9,165 nucleotides of DNA, taken from NCBI GenBank assembly GCA_030141605.1, contig JAQGDQ010002523.1:1-9165 (forward strand). The letters run 5' to 3'. Source of the stretch: Tubiluchus corallicola. Lineage: Eukaryota > Animalia > Priapulida. Positions 7,651-9,165 of this stretch are shown in pieces (position 1 is the stretch's first letter; every line of letters starts with the position of its first letter). The translations under genes were made by a program, and so were the position numbers. The notes beneath the pieces were generated by a model. The model searched no databases and was not told the DNA's origin. It saw only the letters and a program-made list of their open reading frames with translations.

Positions 7651-7715
7651 AGTTTTTTAGTTTTTAATGGTTATTAATATTATTTTTTGTTCTTTTTTTA
7701 TGTTCTTTGGCTTGA
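7648..7715 (-). promoter_or_regulatory. 68-bp leader shared with the tail-fibre gene
   Basis: Identical to 5943-6010. Confidence 0.75.
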
Positions 7716-8184
7716 CCCAAAGAACATAAGGTCAAGCCTGTAAATGTTTTTTTCTTGTTCTTTTTCTTCTTCTTTTTGTCAGTCAAAAAGAAGCAACCGA
7801 GCGAAGCGAGCTCGCGAGTGCCTTTAAGTATTTTAGTTGTACGAGCAAAAACCTCCCGCTGAATAAAAATTACGCTACCCTTTTTCGCTACTGAGAGAAG
7901 ATTTTAAACTCGCCTGCGGCTCAAACAGAAAATCTTCTTTTTTCTCCTTCGCTACAAAGGGCTTAACGCTATTTTTATTAGGCGGTATCGTATTCTGCTT
8001 CGCAGAATTTTAATTTTTCTGTTTCTCTTTTATCTTTTCTGTTTTATCTTTTCTCTTATTAAATCTTTCGCTGTTTTTCTGTCAAAAGCCTTTAAGGGCG
8101 GTCGTATTCTGCTTCGCAGAATTTTAATTTTTCTGTTTTTCTATCAAAAGCTTTTAAGGGCGTTTGTATTCTGTTGCGTAGAAT
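7699..8184. repeat. Structured repeat block F: head (7699-7738), second hairpin head, single variant 52-bp unit (7792-7848), divergent long hairpin (7856-7985), mini-hairpins
   Basis: Stems TATGTTCTTTGG/CCAAAGAACATA, CCGC/GCGG, AATAAAAAT/ATTTTTATT, CCCTTT/AAAGGG and GAAGATTTT/AAAATCTTC. Mini-hairpins at 7992, 8106 and 8168. Confidence 0.85.
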
Positions 8185-8226
8185 TACTAATTACTATCTG
8201 TTCATCGTTCTTTTATCATTTTTTTG

Positions 8227-8311
8227 TGCAGTAGGCGGGACTTGAACCTGCAATGCCTTTCTTGTGTTGTTATTATTTCATAAAGGACTTATATCTTAAC
8301 CTAGCTACTGC
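8227..8311 (-). ncRNA. tRNA-like element, copy 3
   Basis: Identical to 370-454. Confidence 0.6.
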
Positions 8312-8338
8312 TTTTTTTTAATTAGGAATTAGTAACTG

Positions 8339-8962
8339 TTATATGTTGCTAAAGTTGAGTTCTATGTTTTTGTACTCTCCTGTTTTGTTTTTTACCCATA
8401 TGCGTAGGTATTGTTTTGAGCTTACTACACGTATGGCTTTTTCTATGAGGTCTAAGGCTTGGTGAAATTGTTTGTTTTTTATTTTGACACGGTAACGTAA
8501 GAGAGCTGTTATTTTCTTTACGTCCAGCTTGCCACGTGAGGTTTCAAAGGCGTTCATTACTAGTTGTTTTACTACTTCGTTTTCGGTGCTTATGTTGTTG
8601 CTGATGAATTGGTTGAGTAGTTTTTTGGCTTGTTCTATGAGGTTGTCGTCGAAGTCTTGTCTGTCGTTGATGCTTAGCTCTAGTTTTACATCGCGGTTGA
8701 AGCTGTAAAGTGTGTAGTTGCCTTTGCGTTGTTCTATGTCTATACCGTTTTCTTTCATTTCTTCCAAATAGGCGTTTTGGCTTCTGTCCATTACGTATAG
8801 TTTGAACTCGCTTAGTTTTTGGGAGAGTTGCAGTGCTTCCTTTACGAATTTGGCGAGTAGTCGTTCTTTTTTCTTTTCGCTTTTTGTTACTCTTTTTATG
8901 GGTATGGGGTTTCCTTGCTCATCTTCCCATATTTTTTCTTTGTTGGTGTGTAGTTTAATCAT
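8339..8962 (-). CDS. DUF3164-family protein, 207 aa, copy 3
   Basis: Same protein as copies 1 and 2, with one synonymous change (Leu TTA>TTG, position 8765). Confidence 0.8.
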   Translation of the reverse strand: MIKLHTNKEKIWEDEQGNPIPIKRVTKSEKKKERLLAKFVKEALQLSQKLSEFKLYVMDRSQNAYLEEMKENGIDIEQRKGNYTLYSFNRDVKLELSINDRQDFDDNLIEQAKKLLNQFISNNISTENEVVKQLVMNAFETSRGKLDVKKITALLRYRVKIKNKQFHQALDLIEKAIRVVSSKQYLRIWVKNKTGEYKNIELNFSNI

Positions 8963-9048
8963 AATATTTTTGTTTTTAAGGTATGATTGAGCTCGCAGGC
9001 TCTCTTTCTTATATTCTTTTTTCTTTTTCTTTTTGTCAGTCAAAAAGA

Positions 9049-9157
9049 AGCAACCGAACGTAGTGAGCTCGCGAGTTCCTTTGAGTATTTTAGTTGTACG
9101 AGCAACCGAACGTAGTGAGCTCGCGAGTTCCTTTGAGTATTTTAGTTGTACGAGCAA
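9049..9157. repeat. Tandem 2 x 52-bp unit
   Basis: Identical to 1192-1300. Confidence 0.95.
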
Positions 9158-9165
9158 AGGTCAAG

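Larger units (their letters stand above)
8194..9158 (-). repeat. Duplicated cassette, copy 3
   Basis: Near-identical to 337-1301. After AGCAAA it continues GGTCAAG instead of ACTCAAG. Confidence 0.95.

Noticed and set aside
945-8990. Plus-strand ORFs (945, 1176, 2362, 2837, 3424, 3456, 3698, 3772, 4104, 4178, 4480, 5065, 5586, 6509, 6938, 7346, 8802)
   Set aside because: They are antisense shadows of real genes or translations of T-rich repeats. The hydrophobic F/L/V-rich products reflect strand composition.

Overview
AT-rich window, probably Bacteroidota-type: the leaders are A-rich and lack a Shine-Dalgarno sequence (inference). All five genes lie on the minus strand and look phage-derived. 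Three are near-identical copies of a 207-aa DUF3164-like (Mu-like phage) gene, each followed by an 85-nt tRNA-shaped element with an expanded anticodon loop. One is a phage tail-fibre-like gene (propeller repeats, 87-bp shaft repeats, YadA-like 42-bp repeats, peptidase S74 chaperone) broken by a 1-nt frameshift. One is a 387-aa LVIVD-like beta-propeller gene. Every gene is separated from the next by the same modular structured repeat, read on + as pseudoknot-like head, 141-bp nested hairpin, then 17-bp mini-hairpins with heptamer-periodic pyrimidine tracts. Two different genes also share an identical 68-bp leader. The layout resembles a gene-cassette array, but no recombinase, transposase or RT is in the window, and misassembly through the repeats cannot be excluded. 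Family calls come from motif recognition, not database searches.
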